A stretch of 64,000 nucleotides of DNA, taken from contig CAXXKA010000005.1 in the NCBI GenBank assembly GCA_963668625.2, positions 128,001 through 192,000 of the forward strand. Reading direction: 5' to 3'. Below the pieces are notes generated by a model. That model saw nothing but the letters and a program-made list of their open reading frames with translations. It was not told where the DNA came from and did not search any database. The translations under genes were made by a program, and so were the position numbers. The stretch is from an uncultured candidate division Zixibacteria bacterium (lineage in GTDB: Bacteria; Zixibacteria; MSB-5A5; UBA10806; 4484-95). Below are positions 52,143 to 62,390 of the stretch, piece by piece; position 1 is the first letter of the stretch; each line of letters starts with the position of its first letter.

Positions 52143-53660
52143 ATGTTTAAGAAAATACTCGTTGCCAATAGAGGTGAAATCGCTATTCGCGTTATCAGGG
52201 CATGCCACGATTTAGGTATCGAGGCGGTTGCTGTTTACTCCGAGGTCGACAGATCGTCCCAACATGTTCGTCTTGCCGATGAGGCTTATTCGGTCGGCCC
52301 GGCGCCCTCGGCCGAATCGTATCTGAATATCGATAAAATCATTCGTATCGCTAAAGAGTGCAATGCCGGGGCCATTCATCCCGGCTATGGTTTTCTGGCG
52401 GAAAACGAAAGATTCGCCCGGGCGGTGAATGATTCCGGAATGACTTTCATCGGGCCGCCGCCCGGTGCAATCAAGATGATGGGCGACAAGATGGCCGCAC
52501 GTAAAGCGATGATATCCTCCGGTGTGCCGGTGGTGCCGGGAACGGAAAACCCGGTTACCGGCGAGGAGGAATCGATCGAGATAGCAAAGCAAATCGGTTT
52601 CCCGGTGCTGATAAAAGCGGCTGCCGGTGGCGGCGGCAAGGGTATGCGCGTAGTTAATTCGATCGAGGAGATCAAGTCGGCTCTTCGCGGCGCGGCCTCA
52701 GAGGCTAAAAGCGCATTCGGGGATGATAGAATTTATATCGAAAAATATATCGCCGAACCGAGGCATATCGAAATACAGGTGATGGCCGATACGCATGGCA
52801 ACTGCGTTTATATAGGCGAGCGTGAATGCTCCATTCAGAGACGTCATCAAAAAGTTATAGAGGAAGCGCCCAGCCCGATAGTGACCGAGCAGTTGCGTAA
52901 GAAAATGGGCGAGGCCGCTGTTGCTGCCTCGCGGACATGCAACTATGTAAATGCCGGCACGGTTGAGTTGTTGGTTGACTCGGAAATGAATTTTTATTTT
53001 CTGGAGATGAATACCCGCCTGCAGGTAGAACATCCCGTTACCGAGATGGTTACCGGCCTCGATCTGGCAGTCGAGCAAATTAAAGTCGCCGCCGGTGAGA
53101 AGCTATCATTCACCCAGGAGGATATCACCATAAAAGGTCACGCTTTGGAATGCCGAATTTATGCCGAGGACCCAATTGATTTTTTGCCTGCTACAGGGCA
53201 TCTCAGGCATTACCGCGAACCCGCGGGTCCGGGAGTCAGGGTAGACTCGGGCGTGCAAGGCGGCGCCGAGATATCGGTTTATTACGATCCGCTGATTGCC
53301 AAGTTGATTACTTACGGTAGCGACCGCGAACAGGCGATTGCTCGTATGAAACGCGCTCTTAGCGAATACCTGATTACAGGCGTTACCACGAATATAAGCT
53401 TCCATCAAAAACTGCTGGAGCATCCCGAATTCCTTAAGGGTAATCTGTCAACGCACTTTATCGACCAGCATTATAAACAACCCGACGATTTCCCGGAGGA
53501 AACCAGGTTGGCTATTGCCATAGCCGCGGCGCTTCACGATTACCAAGGTCAGCATAAATCATCAGCATTTACCGATGAGACAAGCAAAGGCGTTAAAACA
53601 GGCCGGGCGCCCAGTAATTGGAAACTCAGCGGCCGTCCGGGGAAGTTAAAAGTTATTTAG
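52143..53660 (+). CDS. accC: Biotin carboxylase subunit (acetyl/propionyl-CoA carboxylase)
   Basis: [36 protein letters not shown] motifs. Confidence 0.93.
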   Translation: MFKKILVANRGEIAIRVIRACHDLGIEAVAVYSEVDRSSQHVRLADEAYSVGPAPSAESYLNIDKIIRIAKECNAGAIHPGYGFLAENERFARAVNDSGMTFIGPPPGAIKMMGDKMAARKAMISSGVPVVPGTENPVTGEEESIEIAKQIGFPVLIKAAAGGGGKGMRVVNSIEEIKSALRGAASEAKSAFGDDRIYIEKYIAEPRHIEIQVMADTHGNCVYIGERECSIQRRHQKVIEEAPSPIVTEQLRKKMGEAAVAASRTCNYVNAGTVELLVDSEMNFYFLEMNTRLQVEHPVTEMVTGLDLAVEQIKVAAGEKLSFTQEDITIKGHALECRIYAEDPIDFLPATGHLRHYREPAGPGVRVDSGVQGGAEISVYYDPLIAKLITYGSDREQAIARMKRALSEYLITGVTTNISFHQKLLEHPEFLKGNLSTHFIDQHYKQPDDFPEETRLAIAIAAALHDYQGQHKSSAFTDETSKGVKTGRAPSNWKLSGRPGKLKVI

Positions 53661-53691
53661 TGAGACCGAAATACACGAGGAGACTTTTGAT

Positions 53692-54198
53692 ATGATTTAC
53701 AATGTCAAGGTTGATGATAAAGATTATAAGCTTGAGATTGTCGAGGGACAAAAGTCACTCGAGGTTCGCCTTAACGGCCGGACGATAAAAATAGATAACG
53801 GTTCAATCGCGAAAGATCGTTTGAATCTGTTCTTTCAGGATAATAAACCATATGAGCTTCAGATTTCACGGAATGATAACGGTTATCATTGCTGGCTTAA
53901 TTCGAGGATGCTCAACTGCGAGGTCATCGATGAGAAAACCGCGCGTTTTTCCAGACTGATGGGCGAAGGCGCCGGCGCAAAAAAACGCAAAAGACTTAGA
54001 GCTCCCATGCCGGGCCTGGTAGTTCGTATCGAGGTCGAACCGGGGCAGGAGATAAAGAAGGGGGATGGCTTGATCGTGGTCGAGGCGATGAAAATGGAGA
54101 ACGAGCTGAAAGCTCCATATGCCGGCACGATAAAAGCCATAGAGATCAAGCAGGGGCAGGCAGTGGAGAAAAACCAGGTACTGCTCGAATTCGAATAA
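53692..54198 (+). CDS. Biotin carboxyl carrier protein
   Basis: APMPG...EAMKMEN biotinylation motif. Confidence 0.93.
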   Translation: MIYNVKVDDKDYKLEIVEGQKSLEVRLNGRTIKIDNGSIAKDRLNLFFQDNKPYELQISRNDNGYHCWLNSRMLNCEVIDEKTARFSRLMGEGAGAKKRKRLRAPMPGLVVRIEVEPGQEIKKGDGLIVVEAMKMENELKAPYAGTIKAIEIKQGQAVEKNQVLLEFE

Positions 54199-54405
54199 TC
54201 GCTCGGTTTTGGCAACACATTTTTATTTATCCCAATTAAAATAATTACGCTCGCATCAGGTTACTTATATTTTCAGTTAAAATAAACTTAAAATGGTATC
54301 GATACAATTAATCGAAATTTCCAAGATATCCATCCGTCAGAATGGAAGGAACGACATACTGACGCGCTAATATGTCAAAGTCCGGACACCGGTAAGTCGA
54401 GATAT

Positions 54406-54438
54406 AAAAACAAAAGCCGCCCCGAATGAGACGGCTTC
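54406..54438 (-). terminator. Terminator of the minus-strand FG-GAP gene
   Basis: Minus strand reads GAAGCCGTCTC-ATTC-GGGCGGCTTTTGTTTTT. Confidence 0.7.
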
Positions 54439-54462
54439 TTGAAGCTGCGCTTAAGTTGAGAC

Positions 54463-56187
54463 TTACTTAAGCAAAGTGATTTTCACTGATTCCGATTTGA
54501 GATTGTCGGAAACCCTGACAAAATACATACCGCTCGGTGCCGAATTGCCATTGTCATTCTTGCCGTTCCAGACATATTTATTATCCGTCAGTTGATCACT
54601 CCTGATTAACCTGCCAAGAGTATCGTAAATTTTTATTTTGGCATCGGGAGAATCCAAGCCCTCGGCTGTAATGATAGTCGATGCGTTGAATGGATTCGGG
54701 TAGGCGCTTACCAGAAGGTATTCATCGGGAAGATTGGCTGGAGGATCATCGACAGATATCATGCTTTCGTTTATAGTAATCTGCTGCCCCGGCGTTACCC
54801 CGGTAGTATCATACGATCGCAGAGAGTTGAAAACTACCTCAATCCGTAACGATTCATAATCGCCGGTGCCGAAATGCATTATCGGATCATCGAAAGAATA
54901 AAGCGTGGTAACACTCCTGACCTCTCTCATACCAATATATTCCTCGCTCGGCGGATCGTTCTCGATACCATAGAGTTTGACTATTGCTCCCAGCGCCAGC
55001 GTGTTGGGATATATGCCCTGAAGTTTTATTTTCAGGTAGTTGCTATTTTCATTCTGATTGATATAGACCTGTGTCTCATCAAAATCGAAATTTACGGCGA
55101 CTATATCTAACTGGCCATCATTGTCTAAATCGGAGCTGGCACAACCACCGCCATTTAAATTATCAGCAATCCCGGCATCGTAGCTGATATCGGAGAAACG
55201 ACCATTGCCATCATTTAAAAATAATATGTTATAATCGAGAGCGCGATTAACGAATATATCGACATCCCCGTCATTATCGTAGTCGCCGGTAGTAACTCCC
55301 CGTGAGTATCCTTCAACGCCGGTATTGGAATAATTCGTTGCATTCACGAAATATCCCGGGCCATCATTAAACCACATGCTGTTGAAACCATAACCGTAGG
55401 TTATATAAATATCGAAATCGCCGTCACCGTCAAAATCCTCGATTGCAGCTCCCTGGCCAATGGGGAAACCACCCTCGTTGGTATTACTCGAAACATCCGT
55501 GAAACTAGAGTCGCCGTTATTTCGGTAAAGACGGCCGGAGTTATCGCTATGATTACCTCCGATGAAAACATCATCATCATAATCATTATCCATATCGAAA
55601 AACACCGGACTCAAAACGTTTTGAATGGTCTCGAATCCCGATCCATCCGTTATATCAAAAAACTCCTGACCGGTACGAACCATCATTCTGCCACCGCAAA
55701 GAAAGCCCAGTTCAGAATCGGGTAAAAACTGCATGAATGCTGATCCCATCTCCCGCACGGTATCGACATTGTAATTCTCCGCTACATCCAGGAAAGGCGG
55801 TTGACCCCGATTCAAATAGAGATGGCCGTGGTTACCGTAGGCCGGATCTCCTGAAACAAAAAAATCGGGAAGATTATCCTTGTCGATATCTGTCAGGGCT
55901 ATCTGGTGATGATAATTAGCTGGCGCAGCCAGTCCATACTCTTCGCCGAGTTCTTCGTATTGCGTTCCATTCCACATGTAAAGTCTGTCGTTGCCGATAT
56001 GAGTAGCTGTGATGATCTCGCTATAGCCGTCGTTATCTAAATCGACAATACCTACACCACAGGTAAAATCGTTATCGGTGATACCTAGCTCTGATGCCAT
56101 CTCATTGAAAGTAACCTGCGAATAACTCGCGACCGACGCCATAGCCATAATTATAAATGTTAGATAAACTCTAATATTCGAACACAT
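54463..56187 (-). CDS. FG-GAP repeat/ASPIC-UnbV-like secreted protein with T9SS-A/FlgD-like CTD
   Basis: Repeated DxDNDGxxD, MHFGTG, YPNPFN...KITLLK; SD AAGGAGG. Confidence 0.88.
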   Translation of the reverse strand: MCSNIRVYLTFIIMAMASVASYSQVTFNEMASELGITDNDFTCGVGIVDLDNDGYSEIITATHIGNDRLYMWNGTQYEELGEEYGLAAPANYHHQIALTDIDKDNLPDFFVSGDPAYGNHGHLYLNRGQPPFLDVAENYNVDTVREMGSAFMQFLPDSELGFLCGGRMMVRTGQEFFDITDGSGFETIQNVLSPVFFDMDNDYDDDVFIGGNHSDNSGRLYRNNGDSSFTDVSSNTNEGGFPIGQGAAIEDFDGDGDFDIYITYGYGFNSMWFNDGPGYFVNATNYSNTGVEGYSRGVTTGDYDNDGDVDIFVNRALDYNILFLNDGNGRFSDISYDAGIADNLNGGGCASSDLDNDGQLDIVAVNFDFDETQVYINQNENSNYLKIKLQGIYPNTLALGAIVKLYGIENDPPSEEYIGMREVRSVTTLYSFDDPIMHFGTGDYESLRIEVVFNSLRSYDTTGVTPGQQITINESMISVDDPPANLPDEYLLVSAYPNPFNASTIITAEGLDSPDAKIKIYDTLGRLIRSDQLTDNKYVWNGKNDNGNSAPSGMYFVRVSDNLKSESVKITLLK

Positions 56188-56627
56188 ATAACACCTCCTT
56201 ACTTATTTTATATTAAATATCACCACTGTCCGGTCTTTCCATCTCGTTGCGAGGCGCTGCTTGGCAACGTGGCTTGTTTGCCGGCAGCGCTTGGAAACCA
56301 GGATACTAAGGCTAACATCGATAGGACATGTCAGGATGCATGATGCGCTGAATAAATGATTATATCGGAAAATATCTTTCATTAATAATTCCAAGGAGAA
56401 ATTTAAAATTTACCGAAAAACACCGGACACCAGTGATTATGTATGATTAAAAATAAAAAATATAAACTACTTTGTCAAGCTCATAATATTATATAAAGTC
56501 CATTAATAATATTTTAATTATTTAAAAGCATTATTATACTATATTTAAGCTTTATTTAATCATTTTCTGTGTTATATTAGTTAATAATTACAACAAGTTT
56601 TTAGGATAATTTCAGTGAGGGAAATAA

Positions 56628-57035
56628 ATGAAAGTATTAGGTATTGATCACATCGGAGTGGCGGTAAAAAGTATTGAATCCGCTATGAATTTCTACAGTC
56701 AGGCTTTAAACATGGAACTTTCAGGCGGCGAGGAAATTCCGGAACGCTTTTTGAAAGTAGGTTTCTTAGAAACCGGCAACGCCCGGATCGAATTGGTCGA
56801 GGCTACCTCGGATGAGGCGGCCACGGCAAAATACATAGAAAAACGAGGCGAGGGCATTCATCACATTTGCATCCGTGTGGATGACATAGAGGCCGCGCTT
56901 AAACAGATGAAAGACAAGGGATTCAAAGCCATCGACAATGAACCCAAACCAGGCGCTGAGGGAGCGAAAGTAGCCTTTCTGCACCCTAAATCAGCCAATG
57001 GTGTGCTTATAGAATTAAAAGAAATACCCGAATAG
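56628..57035 (+). CDS. mce: Methylmalonyl-CoA epimerase
   Basis: IDHIGVAV, IELVE, GEGIHHIC, FLHPKSANGVLIEL motifs. Confidence 0.95.
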   Translation: MKVLGIDHIGVAVKSIESAMNFYSQALNMELSGGEEIPERFLKVGFLETGNARIELVEATSDEAATAKYIEKRGEGIHHICIRVDDIEAALKQMKDKGFKAIDNEPKPGAEGAKVAFLHPKSANGVLIELKEIPE

Positions 57036-57046
57036 GGAGGATTCCG

Positions 57047-58546
57047 ATGAAAAAAGCGATAATAATTTGCACTATTGTTATAGCTATGTTCATAACCGCC
57101 TCAGCGCAATTGAATCTTTTTACAGGTTCATCCTCAGCTGTTGTGGTGGGCGACTCAACAATCTTTAACGTGGATTTCTTTGACCCACTAGGTATACCAT
57201 CATACAGTGTAAAAGTGAATTATAAAGGTGAGACCGATCAGGAATACACCACCGCCGATATGGAGTTGATGCTGGAATTCCCGTATTATGCCACAACTTT
57301 CGAGCATGGCGTATTGTTCGATCAATCACCTGGCTTGTTGAATTTCTATTACAGCGCCGGCACCGATTCATTGGTGGCTACGCAGTCTCCGATGAACACG
57401 GATGATGTCTTCCCACCGCCAACATCAATGTACGCGCCGTTCGGGCGGGATGGCGCGGGAGATGCGCAAGACCCAATAGGGGATTGGCTCGACCTGACAG
57501 GCAGCGGCATGTGCTATTCCGAGGACAGAGTGTATGCTCGTATGGAAAATGTGACGGGCACCTGGCCAACCAGTCAGGGTTTGAATGGTTTCATCTATGG
57601 CGTGGGATTTATCCCTTATAACGTACAGGATACGGTTATCTGGGCGATGGTTTACGCTAATATACCATTCGTAATCTCACCCGGGCTTTACAAGCTGGAA
57701 TTAGCTGATACCTCGTTTAGCCGTCTGGGCGATATCGATTACGAGGTTGGCTCCGATGGCAACCTTCACATGGCCTGTGATATAGCTGATTTCGAAAACG
57801 ATGATGACTGGCCGGGTTGGCCCGCCGATGAGGGATTCTTGCTTTCATCATCGATTACCCTGACAATCGGTTTAACCAGTCAGGCGATAAATGATTTCAC
57901 GTTCCCCTCGGTTTATGAACCGCGAACTAACTACGTTGATTATGATAACAACCACGCGCCCGAGATTACAGACTACAGCTTAGTGGAAACACCCGGCGTG
58001 ATGTTGTCCTTCGATGCATCCTATCTTGATATAGATAACAACCAGCCGATTGCCCGTATGCTTTTATTCGATTGGGGTTATTACGAGATGGGCAGCTTCG
58101 ATCATATCTATGATGACACCTCCGAGTTTATCACCATTATCGAATGGCCTGTCGATGGCTGGCATTATTACTATTTCCAGTTCGGGGATGGCGATGAGAT
58201 GGCAACCACCGATATGGATTCGATTTATATATCAACTATAGATATCGATGAGCAGGCAAATCTTCCGGCCGCGGTAGAGCTTCACCAGAACTACCCCAAT
58301 CCGTTTAACGCCGAGACTCAAATAAGCTATAGCCTCGAAAATCCCTCCCATGTAAATCTCATAATTTACGACATTCTCGGAAAACCCGTTGTGGAACTTG
58401 TTAACGATTATGCTAATGTAGGGACGCACTCGGTTATCTGGAACGGCATGAATTCGAATGGCCGCCAGGTTTCCTCGGGGTTGTATTTCTATCAGCTTAT
58501 CGTGGATGACCAGAGTTCAGTCCGCAAGATGAATTTGATAAAGTAA
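57047..58546 (+). CDS. Acidic secreted protein with T9SS-A/FlgD-like CTD
   Basis: Signal peptide; QNYPNPFN...WNG...SSGLYFY...KMNLIK. Confidence 0.85.
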   Translation: MKKAIIICTIVIAMFITASAQLNLFTGSSSAVVVGDSTIFNVDFFDPLGIPSYSVKVNYKGETDQEYTTADMELMLEFPYYATTFEHGVLFDQSPGLLNFYYSAGTDSLVATQSPMNTDDVFPPPTSMYAPFGRDGAGDAQDPIGDWLDLTGSGMCYSEDRVYARMENVTGTWPTSQGLNGFIYGVGFIPYNVQDTVIWAMVYANIPFVISPGLYKLELADTSFSRLGDIDYEVGSDGNLHMACDIADFENDDDWPGWPADEGFLLSSSITLTIGLTSQAINDFTFPSVYEPRTNYVDYDNNHAPEITDYSLVETPGVMLSFDASYLDIDNNQPIARMLLFDWGYYEMGSFDHIYDDTSEFITIIEWPVDGWHYYYFQFGDGDEMATTDMDSIYISTIDIDEQANLPAAVELHQNYPNPFNAETQISYSLENPSHVNLIIYDILGKPVVELVNDYANVGTHSVIWNGMNSNGRQVSSGLYFYQLIVDDQSSVRKMNLIK

Positions 58547-58585
58547 AAAGCGTGTCAATGCCCGGAGTCGAAGACGACGGGAGCA

Positions 58586-58614
58586 GTAGGTCAAGCCCAC
58601 TCGGGGCTTGCCTG
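58586..58614. repeat. GTAG-type REP-like hairpin
   Basis: GTAGGTCAAGCCC-ACTCG-GGGCTTGCCTG. Confidence 0.45.
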
Positions 58615-60668
58615 CCCAACTGCGGACTAACCCGCGCTAGCAACGGCAGAGATGCACAAATCGGCTGTCATTGTTGTAATAACGGGAATCTATAATAAAC
58701 CCAATAAATGGGGAAGGTATCATGATCAAATATCTAACATCATTTATACTCATCTTAAGCATTGCTGTATGCTTCTCCCAGAACTGGTACTGGGAGCGCA
58801 ACGATGAGCTTCTAAATCCGTATAACATCCATACAACCGGCACGAACACGCCGTTCACCGGCGATTTCGATGATGACGGCGACTACGACATGATAGTAGG
58901 CTGCAAAGGCGGGGTTCTTCAATATTACGAGAATATAGGTAATGCCGATTCCGCGATCTGGCGTATGGATGAGGATTATTTCGATGGTATCACAATCGAC
59001 ACATCCTTAGCTCCGCAGCCCTCTCTGGTTGATCTGGATGGCGATGGAGTGGATGAGTTGTATTTGACATTTAGTGATAATGTTTTCTATTGGCCTGAAT
59101 TAGGACTAAAGCAATATTTAAATATTGGTAATCAAGAAGATCCAGATTGGGTAGAAGGTGATTTTAACATCGAGGAATTAGAATATTTCAATTACCGTCA
59201 CGAATTTATTGATTTTGATTTGGATGGAGATTTAGATTTACTTCTAAACACTATGGAAGAGGGTGGTATATACTATACAAATATCGGGAATAACGAGGAA
59301 AACTCATTCCAGCAAAATGATAGTATCTTCAATACTCTGTACTACAGCGGAATAGGTGAATATATTTCTTATTATTTTGCTGATGTTTGCGGTGATTCTA
59401 AGTACGAGCTATTTATTATTTTGGGCCTGTTCGATATAGACGGGATGAGGGTATCTTTGTTCGAAAATACTGGTACAACAGGTTCGCCGATTTGGCAAGA
59501 GATTGACATCAATTTCGAGGCAAGTTATGGTTTGAATTTTACTTTTGCTGACTTGGATAATGACTCTGATAAGGATATGATTTTTGGGCACAGATATGTA
59601 CCATTATATTTCAACGAAAACATTGGTAACCCTGACACTTTGGTACTAGCGTCAGAAGGAGATGCAAGATGGTTAGGCTCGTTAAATCTTAATATGGCCG
59701 ACAATTTCGTTTTCGTCGATTATGATGCTGATCAAGATAATGATCTAATCTACTTTGAGTATTGGCAGAGTATTTGGGATGACTACCCTAATTATGGTAC
59801 TGCTACTAATGAAGGGACTATTTTTCAACCTGTATTAAATAATTTAGACATATTTATGAATGGGGAGTTTTTATACTATTTCAGTTTCCATTTTTCGCCT
59901 GGCGATATTAATGGCGATGGTTATCCCGAGTTAGCCTCAAGTTATCCCGCATTCGGATATTATAAAAACCAACCCGATACAGGTTATAACATCCAGGAAG
60001 CTTACTCCTTCAACATTGAAGATTTGGGGTATAGAAGATTTCCTGAAATGGCAGATTTTAATAATGATGGTCTTACAGATATCATCTACAGAAATGACTC
60101 TTTGCGATGGTTAGCTTACCAGAATATTGGCACATCTACAGAATTTAACTTTGTACAAAACGCAGTCTGGCTTGATGATATAGATTTTCCTATTAAGAAA
60201 TTCCGTGCGGCATACCTTAATTTCGATAACAAGATAGACCTTATTGGAACCAACGAAGATAATCATCTTTGTGGATTTATAAATACCGGAAACGGTGAGG
60301 ATGTTTCGTTTATATATATTCCTGGTATTTTTGATAGTGTGCAAAATCTAAGCATCTATTATTTTGATTGCGTTGATATTGATGGTGACTTTGATGATGA
60401 TGTGATGTTTGAGGAAAACGATTATATCACTGTGCTCGAAAACAAAACCACCACCGGCATTGATGACGACACCCAGCCATTGCCAGAGCAGTTCAAGCTC
60501 ACGCAGAACTACCCCAATCCGTTCAACAACTCCACCACCATATCATTCGCTCTAGATAAGCAATGCGAGGTGGAGCTGACTCTTTACGATATCTGAGGTT
60601 TCCCCCAAAAACTGGACAATTGTTTAAGGTGGTATTAAATTAGTAGAAATGTCCAGAAAGGGTAATTG

Positions 60669-60953
60669 ATGAAGCGAAGTCGATACAGCGGGGAGCTTAA
60701 AGCAAAAGTAGCCATAGAGGCCATTCGCGGTCAGAAGACCGTTAATCAGATAGCCTCGGAATACGAAGTACACCCTAATCAGGTTGGTATGTGGAAGAAG
60801 CAGGCTTTACAGTCTCTCCCGGAAGCCTTTTCTAACGGCAAGGCCAAGTTGCGGGAGGATGAGCAAGCCAGGATGGATGCTCTCTATCAGGAGATTGGTA
60901 AGCTTCAGGTGGAGTTGGCATTTCTAAAAAAAAGGAGCGGGCGTCTCGCCTGA
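60669..60953 (+). CDS. IS3 OrfA (HTH)
   Basis: RYSGELKAKVAIEA...VHPNQVGMWKKQ. Confidence 0.9.
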   Translation: MKRSRYSGELKAKVAIEAIRGQKTVNQIASEYEVHPNQVGMWKKQALQSLPEAFSNGKAKLREDEQARMDALYQEIGKLQVELAFLKKRSGRLA

Positions 60954-60957
60954 GGAT

Positions 60958-61836
60958 TTGAGGAATCTGGTGGAACGATCAAACCCGGACATTTCAATTA
61001 GCCGTCAGTGCCAGCTTTTGGGGCTTCCCCGTTCAAGCTACTACTACCGGCCTACTGGGGAAAGCGATTTGAACCTGACACTTATGCGTCTGCTTGACGA
61101 TCAATATACCAGGACCCCGTTTTACGGCAGTCCTAAGATGACACTCTGTCTAAAGTCTCAGGGATATGATATAAATCACAAGCGGGTTGAACGTCTGATG
61201 AGGATTATGGGTCTTCAAGCTGTTTACCCTAAACCAAATACGAGCAAGCCTTGTCCGTCTAACAAGATATATCCGTATCTTTTACGCGATGTCCTGATTG
61301 ATCATGTTGACCAGGTCTGGAGCGCCGATATCACGTATATTCGTCTTAGCCGGGGCTTTCTCTATCTGGCGGCAGTGATTGATTGGTTCTCGCGTTACGT
61401 TCTTGCCTGGCGTTTGTCCAATACTCTTGAGAGCTCTTTCTGCGTGGAGGCATTGGAGGAATCGTTGGATGGCAAACAGCCGGAGATATTCAACAGCGAT
61501 CAGGGAACACAGTTTACCGACAAGGATTTCACCGGTGTACTGCAAGACAAGCGGATCGCTATCAGCATGGACGGTCGCGGTCGGTATCTTGACAATATTT
61601 TTGTCGAGCGTCTGTGGAGATCGGTCAAGTACGAGGAGGTTTATCTTCACGATTACCAGACGCCGGCGGAGGCTTACCTCGGTTTGAAGAGGTATTTCGA
61701 ATTCTACAACACCGAACGTTTCCATCAGGCCTTAAACGGCAAGACGCCTTATGAGGTTTATAATTTAAATTCAAAAAAGGAATCGATTAAACAGAAAAAT
61801 AATGGACTAATACTTAGAAATTCCACCTTATTTTAG
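60958..61836 (+). CDS. IS3 OrfB (DDE transposase)
   Basis: WSADITY, NSDQGTQF, DNIFVERLWRSVKYE motifs. Confidence 0.93.
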   Translation: MRNLVERSNPDISISRQCQLLGLPRSSYYYRPTGESDLNLTLMRLLDDQYTRTPFYGSPKMTLCLKSQGYDINHKRVERLMRIMGLQAVYPKPNTSKPCPSNKIYPYLLRDVLIDHVDQVWSADITYIRLSRGFLYLAAVIDWFSRYVLAWRLSNTLESSFCVEALEESLDGKQPEIFNSDQGTQFTDKDFTGVLQDKRIAISMDGRGRYLDNIFVERLWRSVKYEEVYLHDYQTPAEAYLGLKRYFEFYNTERFHQALNGKTPYEVYNLNSKKESIKQKNNGLILRNSTLF

Positions 61837-62069
61837 CTAAATTACTGTCCAAACAATGGGGGGAAGCTAAATCTTAGGCCGCAAGCTGCAGACACTGATT
61901 GAATCATCACTACCTGCAGGCAACCACACAGTTAACTGGACTGTTGATAACGATCAAGCCTCCGGTATATATTTCTATCGATTGAGTACGGGGGAGGAGA
62001 GTTACACTAAGCAGATGGTTTATATGAAATAAGCCATTATATTCAACATTACATGTCATTCCTGCGAAA

Positions 62070-62197
62070 GGGATTGTTGAAATAGTCTTTTCAAGCGTCG
62101 CTGATAATCCTTTTCGGCGACAACCCGCATGGAATCAGGTGTCAGGAAAGGATTCCTAACACCTCAGGCATAAAAGAAGGACTTTTTCAACAATCCC
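62070..62197. mobile_element. 128-bp MITE with 18-bp TIRs and GAAA target duplication
   Basis: GGGATTGTTGAAATAGTC / GACTTTTTCAACAATCCC (17 of 18 complementary); GAAA at 62066-62069 and 62198-62201. Confidence 0.8.
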
Positions 62198-62295
62198 GAA
62201 AGCGAGAATATATCCCTTTTCCTCAATGCCAACAATAGTTTGCATAAGTAACCCGACTGCTCTATCTACAATTCCCCGCAAGTCAAAATAAATCC

Positions 62296-62324
62296 TTGCA
62301 TTTTGATAGTTATCAACATATATT
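62296..62324 (+). promoter_or_regulatory. sigma70 promoter of rimP-nusA
   Basis: TTGCAT-N17-TATATT. Confidence 0.6.
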
Positions 62325-62333
62325 CTCACGTTC

Positions 62334-62366
62334 GGGAGTGGGTTGACAAAGCCCACTCTTTCTTTT
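62334..62366 (+). promoter_or_regulatory. rimP leader hairpin/attenuator
   Basis: GGGAGTGGGTT-GACAA-AGCCCACTCTT plus T-rich tail; the GAGTGGG...CCCACTC hairpin is typical upstream of rimP. Confidence 0.75.
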
Positions 62367-62390
62367 AGTGGCAAGGGGGCTGGAATAAGT

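Larger units (their letters stand above)
60594..61870 (+). mobile_element. IS3 family insertion sequence, 1277 bp, 3-bp ATC target duplication
   Basis: IRL TGAGGTTTCCCCCAAAAACTGGACA; IRR (reverse complement) TTAGCTTCCCCCCATTGTTTGGACA; ATC at 60591-60593 and 61871-61873. Confidence 0.95.
58722..62032 (+). pseudogene. FG-GAP repeat secreted protein with CTD, interrupted by IS3
   Basis: 58722-60593 ends YPNPFN...LTLYDI; the frame resumes at 61874 with LGRKLQTL...ASGIYFYRL...KQMVYMK, stop 62030-62032. Confidence 0.92.

Noticed and set aside
56219-56438. 6S RNA or c-di-GMP riboswitch identity for the structured leader
   Set aside because: The structure is asymmetric rather than a 6S-like rod and GEMM motifs are absent; kept only as an unassigned structure
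62343-62390. TTG start for RimP, or TTGACA as a -35 box
   Set aside because: It lies within the rimP leader hairpin; ATG at 62391 fits better
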